DNA of 64,000 bases from the human T2T-CHM13v2.0 reference genome, Homo sapiens, in the NCBI RefSeq assembly GCF_009914755.1, contig NC_060934.1; one strand, 5' to 3'. Positions 53,325 through 64,000 of the stretch are shown here, in pieces. The notes beneath the pieces were generated by a model. The model was not told the DNA's origin, did no database searches, and saw nothing but the letters and a program-made list of their open reading frames with translations. A program made the translations under genes and the position numbers. Numbering within the stretch: position 1 is the first letter of the stretch; the number at the start of each line of letters is the position of its first letter.

Positions 53325-56300
53325 CTTTCTCTCCCTCTCTCTCTTTTCTCCCAAATTCTATGAACAAAGACATATGCATCAAAAAGTCCCAAGGGCATTG
53401 TTGCTTTGAGAGTTCTATTTTTAAGCCACAAATGACTCATCACCAACCAGGGTCTCCCCAAAGCTACATGTGTCAGGCTGTCAGGTCAAAAGACAAGGGG
53501 TAAAAGACAAGGAAGAGTTCACATCTCCTCCAGCCCATGAACCCCATGATAAAGCTGTAAAAGCTGCCACCACTCCACACACCACACACCACACCACACC
53601 CCTACCACAGTTGTGTTAGGCACAAGCACTGCCCTTGTGTTTGGATTAAACTGTTCTGAGCTATAACATTTCGCTCCAGCTGGCTCCTATCCTGATCTCT
53701 CAGCAGTCTCTGAATGCATGTCAGCCTGTGACTATAGGGAAAGGCCCAGTGCCATGTGACAGGGAGGAGATGCAGCCCTCTTGCGGTATAAACTCAGGCT
53801 TGTTGTAGAGGACAGAAGTAACTAGTGGGCTAGTGGGTCTGAAAGGGAATGCATTTCTTCATTTGCCCTGAAACAATTATTCTTTTAAAAAGAATAAGAG
53901 AGGGCTGAGAGAGTGCCAGGTTGTCCAAAGCATTCTTTTTAAGTTTTGGAGAGTGGCGAGAAGGGAAGAAATAATTCATCCTAATTTTGGAAGGCAAAGT
54001 AGATAGGGATGTATAGACATAGTTATCAGATAGTGTTTCCACAGGGGAAACAAGTGAGCAATTGGGCAAAATGTCCTCAAAAGTTATGCATAACAAATTC
54101 CAAACAGGCCAAAACAATGTGTTCAGCTCTTCAATGCGTTCAGCCCTGTGTTACCCTTCCACAGTGGAGCTGAACTCTTAACTCTTATCCATCCCCAACT
54201 CCATGCTGAAACAGTACAAAAAAGAGAGGGAGACAGTGGGGAGGGAGAGAGAGAGATTAGTAGGAGGGTCATAAAATCAAGGAATTCAAGGCCTCTCACC
54301 AGTGAGGATGAAATAAACTAATCCCACGCAGCCACCTGGCTGGATTTGATCTTTTCCACCTGGGATTATCTTTGTTCTTTCCCATGGCCCTAAAGTTTCC
54401 CCCATGATAAGGGCCTAGAAGTCCAGAATTGGCATAAAAAGACAATATATACTTTGCTATTCAATGAGTAGGTTATCATGTCTTTGTTCATTTCTGTATT
54501 TAGTAGAAAGAACCCAGGAGATCAAGTAGAAAAGGACTGGGAGAGAAAAGTTCTATCTTCCAGCTCCAGCTCTGCCCCTGGCTGGTCGGATGACCTTGAG
54601 GAGGTCCCTCATCCTCATTCCTCAGGAAAGGATGCTGAGGCTCAGAGAACAGTGGCACCAGTTGGGATCCAATGCCTCTTTGACTCTAATACTATATTCT
54701 ACAGTTGTCTTTTGTGGCAGACCTGAAAGGTTCAGCTCAGTCCTCCTGTCCTTTCCTAGCATAGTCCCTGATTTCCCCAATGAAAGCCAAAGATAAGCAG
54801 TTCCCTTAATGCTTCTAGATGCCATTGCCTACGATGCCTAGGTACCACTTGTGCAATGACAAATAAGCAAGGAAGACAAGATTTCCTCACCAATGTGGAA
54901 GGGAGAAGGAGGAAGGGTGCTAATGCTCTGAACTTTGACGTAAATGAAACCAATCTGTTTGACAACCAAAGAACAGATCCTGTCCCCAAAATCTACCTAT
55001 ATGGAGACAAGGACATATAAAGAAGTTGACTCTGTTCCTTGGCATACTCTCCACCTGTCTTCTCTACCAGGCTTTCACTCGATTCCTGAACAAATGGCAA
55101 TATGGAAGGTCAGATGAGCTAGGAAGGCTGAGTTAGAGTTACTCTCATATCAGAGCACCAAGTGTTGCTATTAAAGGGTACATTCTGAAGGGAGACAAGG
55201 ACTTCCCATTGGAGTTATTTACAGCCTCTTTGCCCTGAAGGCATCTTCTCTTCCACCATCCCTGAGTGGGCTCGGCTCCTCTACCATCTGACATTCCATT
55301 CTTTCAACAGCTGCTGGCTCTCCTGTTGTGTTCCCTTCACAGATGTGCAGTGCCGTTCTGAACATCCTGCCCTTGAACTTTCCCTACCCATAATTTTCCA
55401 AACCAAAGCCTGGCAATAAAAATGTCAGTGAGGGATGGAGAAAACTGGGGGGAGTATTTTAAAAGGAAAAAAAAAAACAGGGAGGTGCTTTGCACACAGT
55501 GATTTGTGTTGACTTCTTCAACAAAGGTTAAATGCATGCCGTGACTTCTCAAAAAAGGGCATGAAGGCAGACAGCTGGAGCTAATTTTCCAGAACACTAC
55601 CTAGAAAGGCTGTATTCCATAAAGGAACTGGTTACAGAGTAGGCTGGTGAGCTTCCTTTTCCATGTCACAGGCTGCCCATCTCATCATGCTGCAGGATGG
55701 GGTACACTAAAGGGGATAGTGAAAGCTGGTATACACAGTCCTTTACAGTTTAAAATGCGCTGTCATGAATGGGATGGGATCTGTGCTGTCCTCACAGCTC
55801 TCCCAGGTGCCTGTCTTGGGGCTGAGCACAGGAGAGGCAGTGGGTCTACACCTGTGCCTAGTCAGTTTGAACAAGGCTGGAGAAGGAAGCCAGATACTTT
55901 ATGACATTTCAAAGACCTCCATCCTATGTGGCTCCATTCTTTGGGGCCAAATTTTCCTGAAGTCCATTAGTTTGATAATACCAACTCTCTGGGCATATAA
56001 ACATTGCATAACATAATGCAAAACTATAACAAATCAACTAATTCTGTAACTCTCTAAAAGAGATAAAAGAATGTATCTCATGGGGAAACAGCATTTCTCA
56101 TATCTATTTCAGTATGCCAAATCACAAGGACAGATTAGGTAAGGATAGGAAGGCCAAAGAGTCTTTCTACTTGGAAAGACACCCCTAGGTGGTGGAAGCT
56201 AATGAGGAACAATCAGCTCTCCTTGTTTTTTGTTCATTTGATCCTATCTCATTGCAAAATGCTGCCACTCCACTGAGATAACAGAGAAGCTGGTCTCATC

Positions 56301-56574
56301 AAGCCATTATTAGGAAGAACTGAATCAAGGCCCAAACAGACATCAGACAGCACCTGACCCAGGGCAGTGTCTTACATGGAAGGCCTGTGATAGGAGCCTC
56401 CTACGTACCCACAACTGCACACTTGGTTCTCAGGGTGAGAAATGGAGAAAGGGAGAACAAAAGAGAAAACAAGACCAGTGCATTGGCAGGATGAGGTGAT
56501 GCAACTTCCCATTCTTGCAACATCTCATTAAACCCCATCAGTTACTTCCACAATCTGGAAATTTACTTCTTGAC

Positions 56575-56810
56575 ACTTAGAAGAGAGATGGCTTTAGAAT
56601 GAGCCATGCTGGAATCTAATCCTGGCTCTACTGCTTACTAGCTACATAGCTTGGGCTATGCCTGCAGCTTCAGCCTCCTCATCTGTAAGTGGGAATAGTA
56701 ATACCTATCCTAAGAAGTTGTTAGGGGAATTCAATGAGGTTGCATGTGCTATTTTTGGTAAAGTGCCTAGCTCTGTAGCTCACAGACAGTACATAATCAG
56801 TGAATGTTAG
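56575..56810 (+). mobile_element. MIR
   Basis: aatcctggctctactgcttactagct...cctcatctgtaagtgggaatag. Confidence 0.75.
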
Positions 56811-57498
56811 TTCCCTCCAACGACTTGCCCTCTCTTCCCTTTTGAAACAGAATTTCTAGGCCAAGGGATGAGAGACCAGGCTATGTGAAGACAGGGGAGG
56901 GAGAAACTACTGGGCAACTAAACCAGTTCTGCTAAAGCTCTGGACATCCCCAATACATCAATGGTGCCAGTTTTATTTTCAGAGACTATGAAAACAATCT
57001 GGTCAATTTCTATCGCAATCTTAAAGATAGTTTTCCTTAACCATAAGCAATTTTACTGCCTGGAAAATATTCAGCATTATCACATTTGAAGATGTTACAA
57101 ACTAATAAATGAATACAAAATGAATAAATGGGTGAGTGGATGCAAAAGTAACATTTTAAAAGACTGGGGAGAGGCCATTTTCCAATCGTAACCCCACTGT
57201 TGCCTTGGCAATTGTGCCCTTGGATGAGATGCTCTACAAAATTTGTGCTGCCATTTCCTGCTCCTTCCTAACGTCCATATCCCCAAAACAGCAGTGCTGA
57301 TACCAGAAGCCAAGAGCAAAGACTGGCAAAATCAGCAAGTGCCCCCATTGTGTGCCAGCCATTTTGGAGCAGATAAAGTCATTAAGGAAACATTTAACAA
57401 CGTATAACCTTTCAGCTTTACTCTGCAAACAGCAGGTAGCTTCCCTTTCAGAGACAAGAGCCTGCATTGAAGTCACCAGTGAGCAGGACTTGACCTTC

Positions 57499-57659
57499 AT
57501 TTTCAGTATACGCCACATTAAATATTCATAATCCGCGTAACCGTAGCATAAGAAGTAGCAGCGTTTAAACATGAATCAAAGGAATAAATATCTTCACACA
57601 TGTGAGTCATCCTTTCCCAGAATGCCCCTGGTGAAAATGCAAATACCCAGAGCTCTGGG
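57499..57659. promoter_or_regulatory. Putative enhancer: CpG cluster with AP-1, STAT and octamer motifs
   Basis: 5 CpGs in ~55 AT-rich bp; TGAGTCA at 57603, TTCCCAGAA at 57614, ATGCAAAT at 57637. Confidence 0.35.
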
Positions 57660-60600
57660 CCTCTGTCTCTTCCAACTTTCTCTTGAAATTCTGAAAGCTA
57701 CAGGGACTGCTGCATTATGCAATCCATGAATCTCGCTCTCATGCTGACACTGGTGGGTCTTTGTTTTTTTTCCTTATCTGTTAGATAAGAATTGCTGTTC
57801 TTGTGTCAAAGGGAGGAAATAGACAAGGATGGAAGCAGCAATGGTGACATTAGCACCCACAGGGCGTCTGCAGGCACTCTTGACTTGGTTGTACAATTTC
57901 TAAAAAATCTTTGCTTCACAAGGATCAGAATATGTGGGAGGACAGGGTTGGCGTTGGTGTCGGGAGACATCAGAATTAGGAACTAAAGTGACGTGTGACA
58001 TAAATTGGGCAGGAGTCCTTTTAAAAAGAATGCAAAAGAAAGGGAGCTTTTTGTACACAATCCACCTCGTGTGGCTAATTGGAGATCTTTGGGGAGATGG
58101 TGTGTGGAGGGCTCAATGCTTGTCTGTGCTTGTTAAGGCACTAACATGATGTCTGACCAAAGACTCAGTCCAGAGGCATCTTCCTCTGCTTGGGTGTTTC
58201 TAGAGAGTCTACTGCTGGGATGATAAAGCATCATTTTAGTAAGGTTTAACGTAATTATCTTTGGTTTTCAATTCCAGGAGCTCTGAGGACAATCTGTCTT
58301 AGCCAGATAGTAATCACTTGCAGCTACACAAATGAGTCTTCCCTCACAACCACCCTAGGTTCATTAAGATCAGACCCAAAGAAAACGCCCTATGCTGGGA
58401 TCTGTCTTTGCCTAATGGCCAAAAATGAAAGGTGTGCAGCTGTCTTTGGAAGTGACTTATCCATCACCTCTGGATAGTAAAAAGAGCTTTAAAAGGTTAA
58501 AAAGATCATAAACCACCAATGATGACCTTTCTCTGAGCTGTATTGCTAATGGACAGAAGTAAAATAACTACCTAGCCTGCTTGTCCACTTGCACAACTGG
58601 AGCTGGCCTGCCTCGAGACATAGCTGGTCCAGCAGACCTAGGGAGCCTGTTTTATACATTAATCGGCATTCCTTGCACTTTTCAAAGGGCTGGGTGCAGA
58701 GAGCCTGGAATCTCAAACTTGTGCTACAGGATAGTCCTCAGCATTCTGGAGGGGAGGGGCAGCTCTGGCTAAAATTCACTGAGACAAGCCATTTCACGCA
58801 TGTCTGTTGGTTTAGATTCACTTGTGGGAAAGCCTATAGACTGTCCCCTGATTCATTTATTTGAAGGGTGTAAATACTAGCTACAATTCATCTGGAGAAT
58901 TCTGGGTGCTTTTTTTCCAGGGTGATGATTTAGTATAACTTCCACGAGAAGTTTAAAGCTGTCTTTCCAAAATACCCAGATGGCCAGCCAAACCATGAAT
59001 GTGTAAAACTGGTAACAGTTTTGAATGAAAGACATGGATTTTAAGAATGTACATTCTACTTTCTCACTTTCTTTCCATTTGCATCTTATATGTGGATAGA
59101 ACTTCATTTTTTTTTCTCATTCACTAAGCTCGATTATAATTTTTTAATAGGTTTCACTGTGTTTTATTCCTGGAAATCTATGGACTTACCATAGAGATGG
59201 CTTTAGAGATTCTACACTAATTCTCTCCCAAACTAAAACTGAGCTTGCTTGCCGTCTTTCCCAAGGAAGATGGAAAACTCCCTTGTGCTGAATCCACTGA
59301 TTGGGCCTGCCACCGGACAGAATCTTCGGATATGCTCTCAGAACAAAATGAAGTCATGAAAATGAAAAGTTTCTATATAAATAACCAGAAGGTCTTCTTA
59401 TAAACAAAGCCTTGCTATGCCAAATCACACAGTTTAGCAACAGAGAAGAAAGGCTAAAGCTGGGATGAGGCTACGACAGTCCTCAGGCAGAATGGGAATA
59501 GCCTTGTTTCTAACCTTATGGGCATTTTTGCCAGGAAAAGGTGAGGACAGGACTGAAGTTCCATCCTTGGGATAGACTATTTGCAAGTTCATAAAAGAAA
59601 CCAGAATCAGAGAGGACTCCCAGTGCCATCTTCGCCAAGGCCTAGAAGGATCACAATTAAAGCCAAAGGACATTGAGATGGTGTAGGACATTAGGGGAAG
59701 AGGGTGCATTGGGGAATTTCATTCCTTTTCATCTTCTCACACGGAAACAGAGAACACCAGGATCTACAGAACAAAAGACTGCCTCATAGTAGACTGTAAA
59801 AAAAGACACAATCCAAATCCATCTAAAGAGCATTTTATTTCTGAGAAATACAGAGGGACAAAAGGTTAAAAAAATAAAAAAAATAAAAAAACGAAAAGGG
59901 AAGGAAGGTGCTGGCTGAGGCATCTGGACTTCTAACCCATCAACACACTCACCTCCACATTAGGGTTTTCTTTCTCTGGGACATACAAGCTTCAAGCCCA
60001 AACCTCTTTCCTGAGTCTCAGCATGGAAGTTGGCAGGGTCTGCACCCCACGACATGTAAGAACACCCCTGGAGAGAGATTGGAGAAATAAGACCAGGGGC
60101 TTTAGAGGATCTTCAGTTCAATACAAATAGGATCCAGAATCATTAACAGTAAATATTTAAAAGGGGGCTTACCTTCAATGACATGCCAATGGGAGTCTTC
60201 CAAACTTAAACAAGCTCTTCTCTTTCTTGGCTCGGGAGAGCTGATGGAGGGAGCATGTGGAATCTTGTCTCCTGACAGCGTTTAAAGGACTCTCCATCTG
60301 AGATGGGTGAGGGCAGCCCAGCCTCGCATGTGGGGTGGGCTGAAGGACCTCTGATAGGCTTAAACTTGGCTGATTCCCAGAGACAGGTTATTAAAGGAGA
60401 TATTTGCTTTGTTTTCCCTGACTGACATTTTGGCCTCTCCACCCAAATGCACAAAATCCTTGGCCGGTGACCAGATGGCTCTGAGAAATTCTGAGTTTAG
60501 CTGTGCATGAAATTACCACCATCCCAAGCCACAGGAAAGGAGCACTAAGCTCAGAATTCAGGCACACCAGAGTCTGAGCCAACAGGCACACCAAGCAGGT

Positions 60601-61582
60601 TTCCTAGTATCAAAGTCTAGTAGCCAACCATGCCAGGGATAGAGTTTAAAGTTGAAAACACTCACACAGTGGACAATAAAGGCAACAAGCTCAAGGCCAT
60701 TGTCACCAGAGTTGCCAAGTTCACGCCACAACAGAAAATGAGTTAGACTCCAGCTTGTTTCCCAGATGCCATCAACTTCATGATTTGCAATAGTATAGTT
60801 GGAACAAATTATTTCCTCAGGGTTGGCACCTGCAGGAATCAGGGCAGAACTGGCTGCAACATTGCAGTTCTAGTCTGTGCCCTCTTCATCCTTCTGCAAG
60901 GTCTTTATCATCTGTCACCCAGGCTCACTCTGGAGCACCAGTCCATTCGGCTGGCACCCAAGGAGTCTGCATGAGTGTCCACTCTAGAAGTCCTCAAATG
61001 GCCAGGGCCTCCACCTCTGGGGGTCATGATGAACTCCTCCATCCATCTCCTTACCTTCACAAGTCAAGAAGCACCAGCGTGCAATGCTTCAGCTGAATAC
61101 CCGATTGGCAGGTGAAAGGATAGCATCATGCTTTCTAATCTGACCTCCAGTAAGATCAAAGCATTGGAAACCCAATTGAGAAAAGGATCCTACAACCATA
61201 GCAAGAATGGCTCAGACCCTCATCTGTGGGAAACTGTCACCCTCCCAGAAGTTGCAAATTCCCATCAAGTCATCTTAACTACTTGACATCTTCAGTGCAA
61301 ATACATCATTAGGAAACAGCTCTTTAAAAATAAGTAATACCCAGCAAGAAGACTTGACCTCATATACCTCACCCTCCTATGCCAGCAGACTCAAAATAGC
61401 CTTCCTTCTGAGAACTTTCTTTCCCATTTAGAAAATCAGTACAGTACAGCACTAGCTTCCTCCAAAATCTTCTGCACTCAGAAGGTCTTGCAAAGGTTGG
61501 TGTCAAGGTAAATAAATGGATCAATGTAAAGGCTCATGATTGTTTATGAAACGAGGGCAAGAAAGTATATTTGAATACTCAC

Positions 61583-61644
61583 TTTGATGAATCTATGAAG
61601 TATATTACAAGTGCACCGATGCTGAGAGCAAAGACTAAGACAAC
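61583..61644 (-). CDS. KCNMA1: KCNMA1 (BK/Slo1 Ca2+-activated K+ channel alpha subunit) coding exon 3, 62 nt, S1 helix
   Basis: Minus strand reads ctcctcttcttttacag|GTTGTCTTAGTCTTTGCTCTCAGCATCGGTGCACTTGTAATATACTTCATAGATTCATCAAA|gtgagt. It has a strong acceptor and a consensus donor, and translates VVLVFALSIGALVIYFIDSS-(N), recognised as Slo1 S1. Phase 0 in, phase 2 out. Confidence 0.95.
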
Positions 61645-62046
61645 CTGTAAAAGAAGAGGAGAATGCCATCACTTAAGAGTTGGACCTCAGGATGTTTGGG
61701 TTTTTTGACACATACCGAAGCAGCTTTGAAATACGGTGCCCATTGCCCTTGGGGACCTGCTTGGAAATCTCACCCTCATCCCCAGCCCCCCATTACTGCT
61801 TCAGGTTTGGCTCTTCATACAGCAATGGGCAGCAACCTCGCTCCTTGCCAATAGGGGTCAGGGTAGCCTTTTATGTCTCAGGGCACTGGGTTTTTATCTG
61901 ACCCTGTTATCTCGAAGTCCAGCTTCTCTGCAATTGTAGTTGATAAACTTCAGTGGGAAAAAAGCAGGTGAAAATTTAGGGTGATACAATTTTTAATATT
62001 ATATGTAGTCTAGGATCTGCAGGAACTCCAATAGAGGAATATCAAC

Positions 62047-62272
62047 TTTAACAGCTTCATTGAGGCATAATTTACATACCACAATATTCACCCATTTAAA
62101 AAGTACAATTCATCAATGACTTTAGTAAATCTACTAAGTTATGCAATCATCACTGTAATCCAGTTTCAGAACATTTTCATCATCCCAGTAAGATCCCTCA
62201 TGCCTGTTAAATCAATCCCCTTTCCCATTTCCAAGCCCCAGACCACACTAATCTACTTTCTGTCACTACATA
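62047..62272 (-). mobile_element. L1MB/ME 3' end
   Basis: acagcttcattgaggcataatttacatacc...attcacccatttaaa is an old L1 terminus. Confidence 0.8.
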
Positions 62273-62911
62273 AGAGATACCAATTTGAAGATCACAAATT
62301 TGCTCGTACAAATGTCCGTGTGTGTATGTGTGGACATACATAAAGATATATTCACTGCATGTATGATCTATATGATTAGAACACTTCTGAAATATTTAGG
62401 AAAGTAGTTCCAGTTCAGGAAGTCAATTAGGCAATCCATTAGGCCAGTTATGTGACAATCCTTGTCCTACTTTACACTCTTCACTCAAAATTAATCTCCA
62501 TGGATGGAAGACAGTTTTGGCATCTCCTTCAGTGGATACCTGTCATGCTAAGGTCCATAGAATGAATATGTAGCAGATTAGGCTGACACTGACACTTCTG
62601 TCCTCAGTACACATTCTACTTTCTTTAATCTTTCACAGAGGAGACTATTAATGCAAATAAAGGATAGTCAGAAATAAAGAAGATGCTTTCAGCCAACAAT
62701 TAAGCCTGAGAATAAAAAGTAAGCACCACCATTACACACAATGCCTGGCTGCTAGGTCAACCTTTCCAGGTATGCTAATACCCTGAAGAGACTGCAGGCT
62801 GAAGGGCATTGGAAGTCAGTCTCCTCAGTGTCCATCTATTGACATCTCTCAGGCCTTGGCTGGTGGGTAGAGAGGAATCCCAATTTATGTAAAGACTAAG
62901 CATGATCAAGC

Positions 62912-62913
<2 letters not shown>

Positions 62914-62951
<38 letters not shown>
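62914..62951. repeat. (TG)19 microsatellite
   Basis: Read directly; an imperfect (CA)n follows at ~63000-63023. Confidence 0.95.
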
Positions 62952-62953
<2 letters not shown>

Positions 62954-64000
62954 GGCACGTGTGCCTGTGTATGTATGAGAGACAGAATCTCTCTCTTTTA
63001 CACCCACCCACACACACACACACCCCTGTATTTTTTATGTGTGCCAAAGTGGCTGACAGAAAATGAAATCTGCATGAGATACTCATTTAAAGCATTGCAA
63101 AACTCCATGGAGCTCCTGGGGCAGAATGGTGGCTTGCACAGCCCAGAAAATGACCATTAAAAACAATTGGACACTGTAAAAGGAATATGCAGTTTCATAG
63201 CAACTGATAAAATCTCCATATAAAGGGAGGTGCTAAAACAATACACCACTGAGGTTTATTTCATTCTGCCATTTAAAAAAAAAAACAACTAAAACATGCT
63301 CCAATTGAATGCTGCAGTCTATCAGTAATTATCACCCGCCCAGCACTAATCCCTCTTAGCTGCCTCACCTCAACCCCTCCCATCACACATATTCATTCAT
63401 ATGTTCCTTTCAAAGGTACACACAAAAACAAGCAAACAAAAACATGAGCAGGCCTTCGCTTTTTCCTCTATTATCTAAAGGAGGCAGCAAAACAAAAAGC
63501 TTAAGATTAATTTTGATCTGTGCTGCTATTTCTGAGGCATAAGCAGTTAGATCCTGGCCCTGACCTCATTCTCAAAAAGCTGCAAAGAGAAGGGGTGTGG
63601 CCAGAACCCAGGAGAAGGGCCTCTTCTCCATTCATAAACAGCTGATTTAAGACTAATCCCTGTCCATTTGGCTCCCTGTGTGTGTATCTGTGAATGCTGA
63701 GCATCTGTCAGAGCTGGCTATATAGGCCTATGCCACCCAAAGCCACTGTTGCAGAAAAGGACTGGAAAGAAGCCCTTGCAAATGGCATCTACATCATTCT
63801 GTAAGGAACTCAAAATCTAAGACCCCTGCAATGGCAATGATTTCGCAGCATCCAGATGGCCAATGTAGCTGATCCTAATTTGCTCCAGCTGCCTCCACTT
63901 GGAGTCAGTGATGGGGACTAATGCATTCCTTATTTAAGCAAATCAGCCAGTGACAGGAGGAGGCCAGGAATCCTGCTACCCTCTGAAGATGAAAACTCAA

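Larger units (their letters stand above)
61645..64000 (-). other. KCNMA1: 3' end of KCNMA1 intron 2
   Basis: Polypyrimidine tract and CAG acceptor immediately upstream (minus strand) of exon 3. Confidence 0.85.

Noticed and set aside
52732-57513. 15-bp inverted match gcgtatactgaaaat (52732-52746 versus 57499-57513)
   Set aside because: A few 15-mer matches are expected by chance in a 64-kb self-comparison, and the match does not extend.
60173-60297. Strong minus-strand donor AAG|gtaagc with a possible 125-nt exon
   Set aside because: Modest acceptor and stops in all frames; isolated strong donors are common in long introns.

Overview
Primate (human-like) genomic DNA, almost entirely intronic, with no prokaryotic features. 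A 62-nt minus-strand coding exon at 61583-61644 encodes VVLVFALSIGALVIYFIDSS(N), the S1 helix of the BK channel alpha subunit, i.e. KCNMA1 exon 3. The ORF track misses it. The window is therefore most of KCNMA1 intron 3 (1-61582) plus the end of intron 2. It is filled with interspersed repeats: about 14 Alu/FLAM/FRAM copies, a 3-kb L1PA 3' half, several L1M ends, L2, MIR, four LTRs and hAT/Tigger DNA transposon fossils. Subfamily names are from recalled consensus sequences and old-repeat boundaries are approximate. The listed ORFs are repeat-derived or spurious. The most interesting signal is a CpG-rich, non-repetitive island at about 7980-8390. It contains a clean 68-nt minus-strand cassette exon (8021-8088) that would put a premature stop in the KCNMA1 frame. 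This exon is bracketed by three UGCAUG RBFOX motifs and ends in ATG GCC CTG AAC GTG (MALNV), echoing MAFNV of KCNMA1 exon 4. It is a candidate RBFOX-controlled poison exon, possibly a decayed duplicate of exon 4. Weaker candidates: an in-frame 153-nt cassette, a (UG)21-AG TDP-43-type cryptic acceptor, enhancer-like motif clusters and several nested transposon structures. None of these was verified computationally.
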